NCBI GenBank assembly: GCA_009777445.1
Contig: WRLV01000002.1
Coordinates: 8,256-72,255, forward strand
Source of the DNA: Oscillospiraceae bacterium
Lineage (GTDB): Bacteria > Bacillota > Clostridia > Oscillospirales > Ruminococcaceae
DNA: 64,000 nt
Direction: 5' to 3'
Shown: piece by piece, positions 9,386-17,344 of the stretch
How the letters are laid out: the number at the start of each line of letters is the position of its first letter
Numbering within the stretch: the stretch's first letter is position 1
Notes under the pieces: model-generated
Told to the model about the DNA's origin: nothing
Seen by the model: the letters and a program-made list of their open reading frames with translations, nothing else
Database searches by the model: none
Program-made: the position numbers and the translations under genes

Positions 9386-10054
9386 TCATGATTTTCGAGT
9401 AACATTCAAGTTCAACAGCCCCATACTCATAAACCGTTTGCGCAACGGTATAATCACTAATATGCAAAAGACGACTTTTACAATGTCTAACGGGATAAAC
9501 GGGAACACTGCCGATGCTAACGTTGCGATAAATGTGGTTCCTGTGGAAATGCTTAACCAGACTGTGCCGCCGACATAAAGCAGTAAATGCGAAAAAACGA
9601 TTGAGACAGTGCCTCTTATAAAAGTTTTTTTCTTGGTTTCGTTTTGCATGGCATAATTTGAATTTAACGCGAAAGATATAATCGCCGCCATTATAGGGTA
9701 GACCATTAAATAGCCGCCTGTCGGGCCTAACAATCTGCTCATTCCACCCATAAAACCGCCGAACACCGGCAGACCCACCGCGCCGAGCAAAAGATAGCAA
9801 ATCTGCGACATAATGGCGCACCGTGGCGGTAATAAAATTGCGGCACTGTAAACAGCGACTATGCCGAGCGAAAGCGGAACCAATGGAGAAAACGGCAACG
9901 GAACAGCGATTTGAGCAAAAACAGCAGTCAACACCGCGAATATTGATGTAAAACATATGTCCTTAACCGGCGTGCCGCCGGTGGCAAAATTTCTTTTTTC
10001 AGTGGGATTTGAGGTTTCTCTTGGCGTGCCGCCGGAATTTATTTTCTTCTTCAT
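9386..10054 (-). CDS. bioY: Biotin transporter BioY (ECF S-component) with a roughly 35-aa N-terminal extension
   Basis: BioY-like core: AVLTAVFAQIAVPLPFSPLVPLSLGIVAVY...LLGAVGLPVFGGFMGG...GPTGGYLMVYP. Confidence 0.85.
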   Translation of the reverse strand: MKKKINSGGTPRETSNPTEKRNFATGGTPVKDICFTSIFAVLTAVFAQIAVPLPFSPLVPLSLGIVAVYSAAILLPPRCAIMSQICYLLLGAVGLPVFGGFMGGMSRLLGPTGGYLMVYPIMAAIISFALNSNYAMQNETKKKTFIRGTVSIVFSHLLLYVGGTVWLSISTGTTFIATLASAVFPFIPLDIVKVVFCILVIIPLRKRFMSMGLLNLNVTRKS

Positions 10055-10069
10055 TTTAATAAAACCTTT

Positions 10070-10924
10070 CTATTTTTCTTCATGAACTTTAAGAACTATA
10101 ACAGTTATATTGTCACCACCCCCGTTTTCTTTGTTAAGCGCGCTCTCAATTAGTTTAACGGCGGCTTTTTCGATGTTGTTTTTGTTTTCTTCAACTATCT
10201 TGAGAATTTCGTTAAAACTTAAATCATCAGTCAGCCCGTCCGTGGCAATCACGAAAATTTGTTCGTCTTTTAGTTTGAGCGGTCTTGAAATAGTGGCGGT
10301 TAAAACCCCGTTTTCGCGCGGAAGCCCGAAATATTTAATCAACCTTCGCCCGTTAGATGGCAACATAGCTACCGACTCAATAGATTTAAGCATAGACATT
10401 TCATTATTGTCAACGGTGAGTTTTTCGAGCGTGTTTTGCTCAATGACAAATGTGGAGCTGTCACCTATATTAATAGGGGCTGCCTCATCGCAAAAGATGA
10501 ATAAACCGCTTAACGTTGCCCCCATTCTTCTGATATTCCCCTTATTCGGGTGTTCGAGAATTTTTTGGTTGGTTCTTCTCACCATTCGCTGAAAAGCTTC
10601 CACATACTCAAATTTTTCTTTGCGCTCACTGCTCAAGCACGCGCCATTCTCAGCAACAAATTCGCGTAAAGAATCTGCCACAATAAAACTCGCCGCTTCG
10701 CCTTGTTCATGCCCACCCATTCCATCAGTTACCGCAAAAAGTCGGTTGGTGTTCGATTTGGCGCGTTTGCCGATTTGCCGTATACCTGTTTGCGACATTG
10801 ACTTTTGTTGAGTCGGCGTTAGAAGCTCACCGATAAAAAAATTGTCTTCATTGTTCACCCGATAATTACCGATATGAGTAACAGCAAAACATTCAAACGA
10901 AAACACGGATTTAAACCTCCTCAA
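10070..10924 (-). CDS. PP2C-family Ser/Thr protein phosphatase
   Basis: Motifs NEDNFF, FAVTDGMGGHEQGEAAS, ATDGLTD and GGGDNITVIVLKV. It lies 3 nt downstream of the hydrogenase-MCP gene. Confidence 0.85.
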   Translation of the reverse strand: MRRFKSVFSFECFAVTHIGNYRVNNEDNFFIGELLTPTQQKSMSQTGIRQIGKRAKSNTNRLFAVTDGMGGHEQGEAASFIVADSLREFVAENGACLSSERKEKFEYVEAFQRMVRRTNQKILEHPNKGNIRRMGATLSGLFIFCDEAAPINIGDSSTFVIEQNTLEKLTVDNNEMSMLKSIESVAMLPSNGRRLIKYFGLPRENGVLTATISRPLKLKDEQIFVIATDGLTDDLSFNEILKIVEENKNNIEKAAVKLIESALNKENGGGDNITVIVLKVHEEK

Positions 10925-10927
10925 TCG

Positions 10928-12625
10928 TCAATTTCTTTCTCTTGTTTGCGCCGATATGGTTGACATTCTCTCGTATGTGTCGTTTACGTTTTTGCTGATT
11001 TCTCTTACCTTGCCTTTTATTGACGAGACTGCTGTTCCGGCTTTTGACGAGGCGGCTTTTGTTCTCTCTGCCGATTCGGCTGAGTCAGCCGCTAATTTTC
11101 TGATTTCTTCTGCCACCACGCCGAAGGCTTTTCCGTGCTCGCCCGCGCGCGCGGCTTCGATTGAGGCGTTCAGCGATATTATGTTAACGCTCATCGCAAT
11201 TTTTTCGATGTCTTCAATAAGCTTGTTGTATGATGCTATAACCTCGGTTATTTCGCCGACATTTGTGACGATGTTTCCGGTTAGCCCTTTAATGTTTTCG
11301 ATATCGTTGAGCATTTCATGAAAACTTTCCACATTTTTTCTCATGCTCTTATGTTCTTCCATGGCCGCGCTGTGTGCCTTTTCTCTGCAATTTGTGGGAA
11401 TGTCTAACCCTTTTGCTATTTTGCGGGCCATATTGGCACAGGAGTCATGCCCACAAGCCCCACAGTTAAAATCACGTCGTTCTTCGGCTTTACCTAAGGC
11501 GGCGAAAGCTTCTTCTATTTCTTGATGTGTTACGTTTATTGTATTAACATTTACGGGGGTGTATTTTCTGATAAAATTATCGGATTTCAGATTTCTGTCA
11601 AAATCAGAGAAAATCTTATCAAGATTAACAAACTGCGCTCTGTTGCGGTTGTGTATTAATTTGCGGCTGTCGTCCATCATCGTGTTGAAGTCAAAGAAAT
11701 CTAAGCCGTTGTTATTACAGCCCGTCCCTAAGTTGCAGCCTTCGGCGCAATTGAGGACATCGAATATAACCGGCCTTTTAGAGTCGTCTTTGTGGGCATA
11801 TTCATCGAGTGCGCTATAAACCAGCGATGGGCCTTCGGATTTGTCAATTCTGAAGTGCTTTCCGATATAATGCTCAACACATTCCTTCAAACCGCCCGGC
11901 ATTGAATACATCGTCCCTAATCCTGCCTCATAGTTGTCGAACCCCGTTTCTTCATCGGGAAGTGTGATTGAGTTCATGCTTATATAATCCGAAAGGCCTT
12001 TAAAAGTGACGTTATAATGCACAAAATCTGTGGCATCAAACTCGTGAGATTTCGCTATACAAGGTGAAAGGGCGGCGATTTTTGTGTCAATTTTCTCGTA
12101 TTTGTTCATATATACAGCAGTGCAAAGCATGGGTGAGTGAACAGGCGAAAGGTTTGTTATAAGCTCTTTTTTGTGCATTAAGATGTAATTCACAATCGCG
12201 GGGCAGGGTTGTGAAATAAGTGGTGACGGCCCATTTTTTTGTATGTAACGTATGTGCGCCCATGTGCAGATGTCTGCTCCTAACGAGACATCGTAAATCT
12301 TTTTAACCCCCAAGCTGCGAATTAGGCTGAATATTCGCTTATAATCGTCAAAATTGGTTTTTATGGCAGGGGCGGCAATAACGCTTATACTCACGCCGTT
12401 TTGAAGGTCACGGAAAAATCGTTCGGTGTCGTCTTGAAAACCCCTTGCCCCGTGATGACATTCTTTAATGCACGCCCCACAGGCGATACACTTTTGGCTA
12501 TCGACTTCAACGACAACCTGACCGCCGTTTTTCCTTGCAATATTTGCCTCGTCAACACAACAAGCTCTAAGACAACGTGTGCAACCCACACAGCGGCTTA
12601 TGTCATTAGTAATCAAATTACGCAT
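10928..12625 (-). CDS. Sensory-type [FeFe]-hydrogenase-like protein fused to a methyl-accepting chemotaxis (MCP) signalling domain
   Basis: It has two CxxCxxCxxxC ferredoxin motifs. H-cluster-like motifs are SQPCP (for TSCCP), SPCIAKSHE (MPCxxKxxE) and NCAEGCNLGTG (MxCxxGCxxGG). The C-terminal MCP signature is NIISLNASIEAARAGEHGKAFGVVAEEIRKLA. Confidence 0.8.
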   Translation of the reverse strand: MRNLITNDISRCVGCTRCLRACCVDEANIARKNGGQVVVEVDSQKCIACGACIKECHHGARGFQDDTERFFRDLQNGVSISVIAAPAIKTNFDDYKRIFSLIRSLGVKKIYDVSLGADICTWAHIRYIQKNGPSPLISQPCPAIVNYILMHKKELITNLSPVHSPMLCTAVYMNKYEKIDTKIAALSPCIAKSHEFDATDFVHYNVTFKGLSDYISMNSITLPDEETGFDNYEAGLGTMYSMPGGLKECVEHYIGKHFRIDKSEGPSLVYSALDEYAHKDDSKRPVIFDVLNCAEGCNLGTGCNNNGLDFFDFNTMMDDSRKLIHNRNRAQFVNLDKIFSDFDRNLKSDNFIRKYTPVNVNTINVTHQEIEEAFAALGKAEERRDFNCGACGHDSCANMARKIAKGLDIPTNCREKAHSAAMEEHKSMRKNVESFHEMLNDIENIKGLTGNIVTNVGEITEVIASYNKLIEDIEKIAMSVNIISLNASIEAARAGEHGKAFGVVAEEIRKLAADSAESAERTKAASSKAGTAVSSIKGKVREISKNVNDTYERMSTISAQTRERN

Positions 12626-12700
12626 AACTCAACCCCCTATTTTAAATAATATCTTAATTTTAGCATAATTAAAGAAAAAAAGCAATAAATTTTTTTAGTT

Positions 12701-15217
12701 TCAGTCTAAAATATTATGTTCGCGTATTTTCATTATGGCATCAATTCCGCTTGATACGTCTAATTTTTTGAAAATAAGGTTCATATGCGATTTGATGGTG
12801 GAATGTTTTAGATTTAAATTTTCAGCCATTTCTTTATGGGTCAATCCTTCGGTTAACATTAACATGATTGCTTTTTGTCTATCGGTGAAGGTTAGGTTAA
12901 CCCCCGTTTTGCCGCCCGTCAGCCCTTTGGATTTCTTCGATTTCATCAACGCCATATAATATAGGTTTTTTAGCCAGATGATGTTGATTTCGCCACAATA
13001 GCTTTTCTGTATAACCCTCTTTTGCAGTTTATGTAGCATATTAATCAGCTCTGCCCCTTCGTTTGTGAACACCTGCGTGAATCCATATTCAGCCGCTAAA
13101 ATAATAGCACTTTCTAATGACTCAAAGGCGTTGCCTTGGTTTCCTTTACTTCTTTTCCAATAAGCGATTGAAAGCAAGACTTTCGCCTCGATTATATCTA
13201 ACGTTCGTCGATATTGCGTGCAAAGCTCTAACAGTTTCTTTAAGAATAAAATCGCCGTGCTGAAATCGCCGCCGGTAATATATGCTCTGGCGGTTGTGAA
13301 ATGCTGATATAATTTATAAAGCGATAAATCACCATGCGGTGTTTGTGCATAGCGATTGAGCCAATTTTGCGCCGCCTCACCATCGCCCTCGTTTAACTTC
13401 AAACGGCAGGTAAAAGCAATGAAGTTTGTGTTTAAGTAGTAAGCTCTCGAACTCTCAAGCATTTGAGACGCGCCTGTCAATATGTTCTGTGCATCAGAAA
13501 TTTGCTCTTGAGCGTATAATATTGAAACTAAGAGCATATAAGAGCAAAATTGAAGCTCGGGCGCGTATGTACTTTTCAGTTTAAGTTTAGCCGCTAAGGC
13601 TAAGTTATAGGCTGTATCATGATTACCACATTCATATGCTAAGCCTGCACGAATAAGCCCTTCATAAACCTCATATTCGTCACCCAACAAAACCCCGAGT
13701 GTCTTTTTAAGCAACTCAAAGTCTTTTTCTTCACTGTTGGCATAGTCGGATAAATCTCTGCCTGAACGGTGAAAAAGCGGCATGTTGTTTGTAAATGACG
13801 GTGTGTTCAGTTTTCCGACCCAGTTAAGTGGCAACATACTTAAACCGGCGATGATGTCTTTAACTTTATTTCGGTGGTCCATGCAACGCAACAACGCCGC
13901 CGTTTGCGCTGACGGTGGGTGCTGAATGATAATTTTCGGCAGCTGTTTGAAATATTTGTCGAGGTATTCCTCCATGTCTGAACTTCTTCCTTCAACAAAA
14001 GAAACCCACGCTTTTACTTCTAATAAGAATGGATATTCATCAATGATTGAATCATTAACAGAAGCGTAAACAATTGACAATGTCTTTTCAATCGCGGCGT
14101 AAGGCGAATTGTAGTTATACATAAGGCTCAAGCCCTTTGTGACACCGCTCTTGTTCTCGCCTTTAAGATAATATTCAACCGCTTTATAATAGTCACCGCA
14201 CTTATAAAACCAGTCACCGGCTTTTCGATAGATTTTATTTCTCAACCTTGGCGATTCGCTTTTAAACATAGAAGATAAAAACTCTAAAAATAGATGATGA
14301 AAGCAGTATATGCCGTCACCGTTAACACTGATGAAGGCATTTTCTCTCACAAGCTCGTCTAAAATTTCGCTGCTGTCACTTCTTCCGGTCATAGCATTGC
14401 AAAATTCGGGCGTGAGTTCATCGAACACCGACACACTTATCAAAAAATCACGGCGTTTAGAACTCCATTTATCCCAAATTTGTTCTTTTAGGAATGTCTC
14501 TAAATATTTACAGAGAAGGTTGTTGTTGGGTTTAAGAGCTTTCCTTGACAACAAGAGCGCGTTAAGGGCGATTGCCCAACCGCCTGTTGTCGCTAAAATA
14601 TCTCGTGATTGCCTCTCGTTCACCCTTTGCTCACGCGAGGCAAAGAGTGCTTTTATTTCGTCTGCTGTAAAAATTAAGTGTTCGGTAGTGATAAGTGACA
14701 TTAGTCCTTTAACCATAAATTTTGAAAAGTTAGCATTCGGCTCTGTGCGGCTGAGAATACAAAGTGTCACAAGCTCTTGCAAATCATCGACAATTGCAGG
14801 CAGGCGTTTTAAAATTTCGTGGTTAGTGACTAAATGAAAGTCGTCTATGATTAGAACATGTTCGTCATCTTGCTTTAAGTTTAAGCGAAACGAAATTAAC
14901 GATTTTTCTAAAAACTCAAACGGTGCCGAAGCAAAAGACTCATGTGCGAGCATTTGTTTTAATTCAAGATTATCGGGTTGAAGGGTAGCTAAAGCGACAA
15001 TCAGCCGTTTATAAAAATCTTCGGTGCTTTTCCCTGAAGACTCGTTTATTGCCAACCACGCATTGGAATTTTCACGCCGCCGCTCAAGCCACATTCGCAC
15101 TGAAAATGTTTTTCCATAGCCTGCCGGAGCATTAATATATATGAGCCGTTTTGCCGATGCCGCTTCTAATAAATCCATCAACCGTTGCCGAACAAGCCCC
15201 AAAAATAATTGCGCCAT
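12701..15217 (-). CDS. MalT-like STAND ATPase / LuxR-family transcriptional regulator
   Basis: Walker A INAPAGYGKTF, a long TPR-like middle region, and a C-terminal LuxR HTH (LTDRQKAIMLMLTEGLTHKEMAENLNLKHSTIKSHMNLIFKKLDV). Confidence 0.85.
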   Translation of the reverse strand: MAQLFLGLVRQRLMDLLEAASAKRLIYINAPAGYGKTFSVRMWLERRRENSNAWLAINESSGKSTEDFYKRLIVALATLQPDNLELKQMLAHESFASAPFEFLEKSLISFRLNLKQDDEHVLIIDDFHLVTNHEILKRLPAIVDDLQELVTLCILSRTEPNANFSKFMVKGLMSLITTEHLIFTADEIKALFASREQRVNERQSRDILATTGGWAIALNALLLSRKALKPNNNLLCKYLETFLKEQIWDKWSSKRRDFLISVSVFDELTPEFCNAMTGRSDSSEILDELVRENAFISVNGDGIYCFHHLFLEFLSSMFKSESPRLRNKIYRKAGDWFYKCGDYYKAVEYYLKGENKSGVTKGLSLMYNYNSPYAAIEKTLSIVYASVNDSIIDEYPFLLEVKAWVSFVEGRSSDMEEYLDKYFKQLPKIIIQHPPSAQTAALLRCMDHRNKVKDIIAGLSMLPLNWVGKLNTPSFTNNMPLFHRSGRDLSDYANSEEKDFELLKKTLGVLLGDEYEVYEGLIRAGLAYECGNHDTAYNLALAAKLKLKSTYAPELQFCSYMLLVSILYAQEQISDAQNILTGASQMLESSRAYYLNTNFIAFTCRLKLNEGDGEAAQNWLNRYAQTPHGDLSLYKLYQHFTTARAYITGGDFSTAILFLKKLLELCTQYRRTLDIIEAKVLLSIAYWKRSKGNQGNAFESLESAIILAAEYGFTQVFTNEGAELINMLHKLQKRVIQKSYCGEINIIWLKNLYYMALMKSKKSKGLTGGKTGVNLTFTDRQKAIMLMLTEGLTHKEMAENLNLKHSTIKSHMNLIFKKLDVSSGIDAIMKIREHNILD

Positions 15218-15349
15218 AATTTTAAGCAGAACCTTTCTTATTTAGTTTGTTTTTATTATAACATAAATTTGCGCGAAGTGCAAGCGAATTCAGAAATTTT
15301 CCCACGCCAAACGTATTTAGAACTTTTTCAATGTTTTTTGTAAAAAGTA

Positions 15350-15378
15350 TTGACAAAGTTCTTTTGGTGTGTTATAAT
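15350..15378 (+). promoter_or_regulatory. Consensus sigma-A promoter of the tRNA gene
   Basis: TTGACA, a 17-nt spacer, then TGtTATAAT. Confidence 0.75.
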
Positions 15379-15421
15379 ATGTGTGTTGTGTATTGTGCAT
15401 TTCGTTGCTCGCATTATTTTC

Positions 15422-15494
15422 GCTGGTGTAGCTCAGTTGGTAGAGCAGCTGATTTGTAATCAGCAGGTCGGGGGTTCGAGTCCGTCCACCAGCT
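15422..15494 (+). tRNA. tRNA-Thr (anticodon UGU), no encoded CCA
   Basis: Manual cloverleaf: acceptor GCTGGTG/CACCAGC, D arm GCTC-AGTTGGTA-GAGC, anticodon arm GCTGA-TTTGTAA-TCAGC, T arm GGGGG-TTCGAGT-CCGTC. Confidence 0.9.
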
Positions 15495-15502
15495 TATACG
15501 TT

Positions 15503-15544
15503 AAAACCGCTTGTAGAGCCAATTTGAGGCTACAGGCGGTTTTG
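15503..15544 (+). terminator. Intrinsic terminator after the tRNA
   Basis: AAAACCGCTTGTAG...CTACAGGCGGTTTT. Confidence 0.75.
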
Positions 15545-15598
15545 CCTTTGAAGAGTAAAATAGCGTTTTAGTGTCATATATATTCACCATCTGAAATA

Positions 15599-15709
15599 AC
15601 ACCGCCCGACACAAAAGTGCAGGGCGGTGTAGCTGTTATAATTCCAAATCCGTCCGCGCAAGCGGACACAATAATTGTCAATTGTCAATTGTACATTGTC
15701 AATTGTTCG
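15599..15709 (-). repeat. Composite intergenic repeat, copy 3 (full-length)
   Basis: ACACCGCCC...GGGCGGTGT hairpin, AGCTGTTATAAT, GTCCGCGCAAGCGGAC (15652-15667), then heptads 15668-15709 that abut the stop of the minus-strand gene. Confidence 0.9.
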
Positions 15710-15982
15710 TCACTTCCACCTCTTCAACTCAGGGAAAAACTTATACATAAACTCGCGTGCTTCGCTTTCGGTCATGCCTTGTTGTTCGAGAATACCGGCT
15801 TCTTTCATGTGCTTTAGACTTATCTCAATCATCTCATCCATAGTGGAATTGTCGGTAAACTCGCCGTCTTTAAAACAGTAGACACAATAATCCGTGTTTT
15901 TGCTATTGTCTTTATTTGTGCCGATTTCCTCCTCTTTAGTCAGCGGCATACCGCAACTTTGGCAATGTTTCATTTCTTCCAT
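15710..15982 (-). CDS. Putative zinc-ribbon domain protein
   Basis: CQSCGMP...YCVYC arrangement followed by a helical tail. This resembles the Zn_ribbon_2 type of small protein. Confidence 0.65.
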   Translation of the reverse strand: MEEMKHCQSCGMPLTKEEEIGTNKDNSKNTDYCVYCFKDGEFTDNSTMDEMIEISLKHMKEAGILEQQGMTESEAREFMYKFFPELKRWK

Positions 15983-16023
15983 AATAGTAATCCTTTCATT
16001 TTTTATTTTTTTAATTTAATTGT

Positions 16024-16335
16024 TTATTGCTTGTAGCTTCTTTCTATGGAATAGAAATGCTGTTTACAACTATTCAAGTTGATATACGAATAAAACTTCT
16101 TGGCTATATCATTCGGGCTTGCGTTTTCTACGTTTTCAGCATCTTCCATCGTTTCAAAAGTCAGAACATCAGCCCATGTGTCGCCATCAACAAGCTGCTG
16201 CCATGAAATATAGCCCTTTTGCTGTGACATATATTCGTCGTTCAATTTCTCCGCTGCAAGCAGAAAATCCGGCACGGACGCGCCTTTTTTCAGTTTGTAC
16301 TCAACATAAAAAACTGCGTTTGACATGATAGACAT
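16024..16335 (-). CDS. Small hypothetical protein, possibly a dimeric alpha/beta-barrel (ABM-like)
   Basis: 103-aa ORF with a plausible context and no strong motif. Confidence 0.5.
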   Translation of the reverse strand: MSIMSNAVFYVEYKLKKGASVPDFLLAAEKLNDEYMSQQKGYISWQQLVDGDTWADVLTFETMEDAENVENASPNDIAKKFYSYINLNSCKQHFYSIERSYKQ

Positions 16336-16372
16336 CTCCCTTCAAGTGTTTTTGCTTTATTGTTTTCAACCC

Positions 16373-16420
16373 GTGACAATTTGTCACGCTTTCATTTTCA
16401 GTTGGTGACAAATTGTCACC
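16373..16420. promoter_or_regulatory. Two copies of a GTGACA-N3-TGTCAC palindromic operator
   Basis: GTGACAATTTGTCAC at 16373-16387 and GGTGACAAATTGTCACC at 16404-16420, upstream of the 16024..16335 gene. Confidence 0.5.
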
Positions 16421-16456
16421 GACTCGTTTCCTTCTGCCAATAATCGTTGTTTTAGC

Positions 16457-17344
16457 TTATATCTTCCCATCAAGCTGACGTATGCGGCGTCGTAGGGTTA
16501 GTCCTTCGAGTTGGGGGGCTATTTTTTCGCTTAAGATTTTATCGTTTATGGGTTTTAACATAAAGTCGCTTGCCCCTAACTTTATGGCCTCTGATATAGT
16601 GTCTATATCATTTTCGGAAGTAAGAAAAACAATGGGTGTCGTTTTGTGGGCCGGCTGTTCACGTATGATTGAAATTACGTCGAAACCGCTTAATTCGGGC
16701 ATTTTACAATCCAACAAAAACAAGTCGGGCGTAACCATGTCTAAGAACGATGCCACCTTTGTGGGCTCACTCAAAACATATACATTATACGTGTCGCCCA
16801 ATAGATAGCGAACGGTTTTTAATATGCTCGGGTTGTCGTCAACCGCTAAAATTATAGCCTTAGCGTCGTCGGGTTTTTCGGGGTTAAGGTGATAATCAAC
16901 ACATTCCATAAAATCGGCATCTGAATAGGGCTTTTTGATAAAGTCAACCGCGCCTAATCTCATTGCCTTAATTAAGTCCTCGCGTGCGTTTTTGGCAGAG
17001 AGGAAAATCACCGGGATTTTGCGATAACTCTCGCTGCTCTTTAGCCTTTTAAGCAGTTCAAAGCCGTCAACATCAGGCATGTTAATGTCAAGCAAAATCA
17101 AATCGGGGGTGATTTTTTTAAGAACATCATACATGTCCGCCGCTGACTGTGCGGGGAAAATGTCATAATAAGCCTTGAACCGCTCTCTTGTCGCTAAAAG
17201 ATGAAAAGCCACATCGTCAACCGCGATGATTTTTTTCTTCTCTTTTTTTGCGGGCTTGCCGCCGGGGGCGTTCGTTTGTGTCGCGCCGGGGTTTTCATTG
17301 AGCGGCGCGCCGCCTTCTTTTTGCAAGTTTACGGGATTTTCCAT
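16457..17344 (-). CDS. Response regulator with two receiver (REC) domains and no output domain
   Basis: Two REC cores are present (IIAVDD...LILLDINMPDVDG...K and ILAVDD...LFLLDCKMPELSG...K). It overlaps the kinase stop by 16 nt. Confidence 0.85.
   Translation of the reverse strand: MENPVNLQKEGGAPLNENPGATQTNAPGGKPAKKEKKKIIAVDDVAFHLLATRERFKAYYDIFPAQSAADMYDVLKKITPDLILLDINMPDVDGFELLKRLKSSESYRKIPVIFLSAKNAREDLIKAMRLGAVDFIKKPYSDADFMECVDYHLNPEKPDDAKAIILAVDDNPSILKTVRYLLGDTYNVYVLSEPTKVASFLDMVTPDLFLLDCKMPELSGFDVISIIREQPAHKTTPIVFLTSENDIDTISEAIKLGASDFMLKPINDKILSEKIAPQLEGLTLRRRIRQLDGKI

Noticed and set aside
9288-9956. 222-aa minus-strand ORF overlapping bioY in another frame
   Set aside because: The alternative frame (9386..10054) gives a clear BioY membrane protein. 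This frame is Arg/Cys-rich with no recognisable fold.
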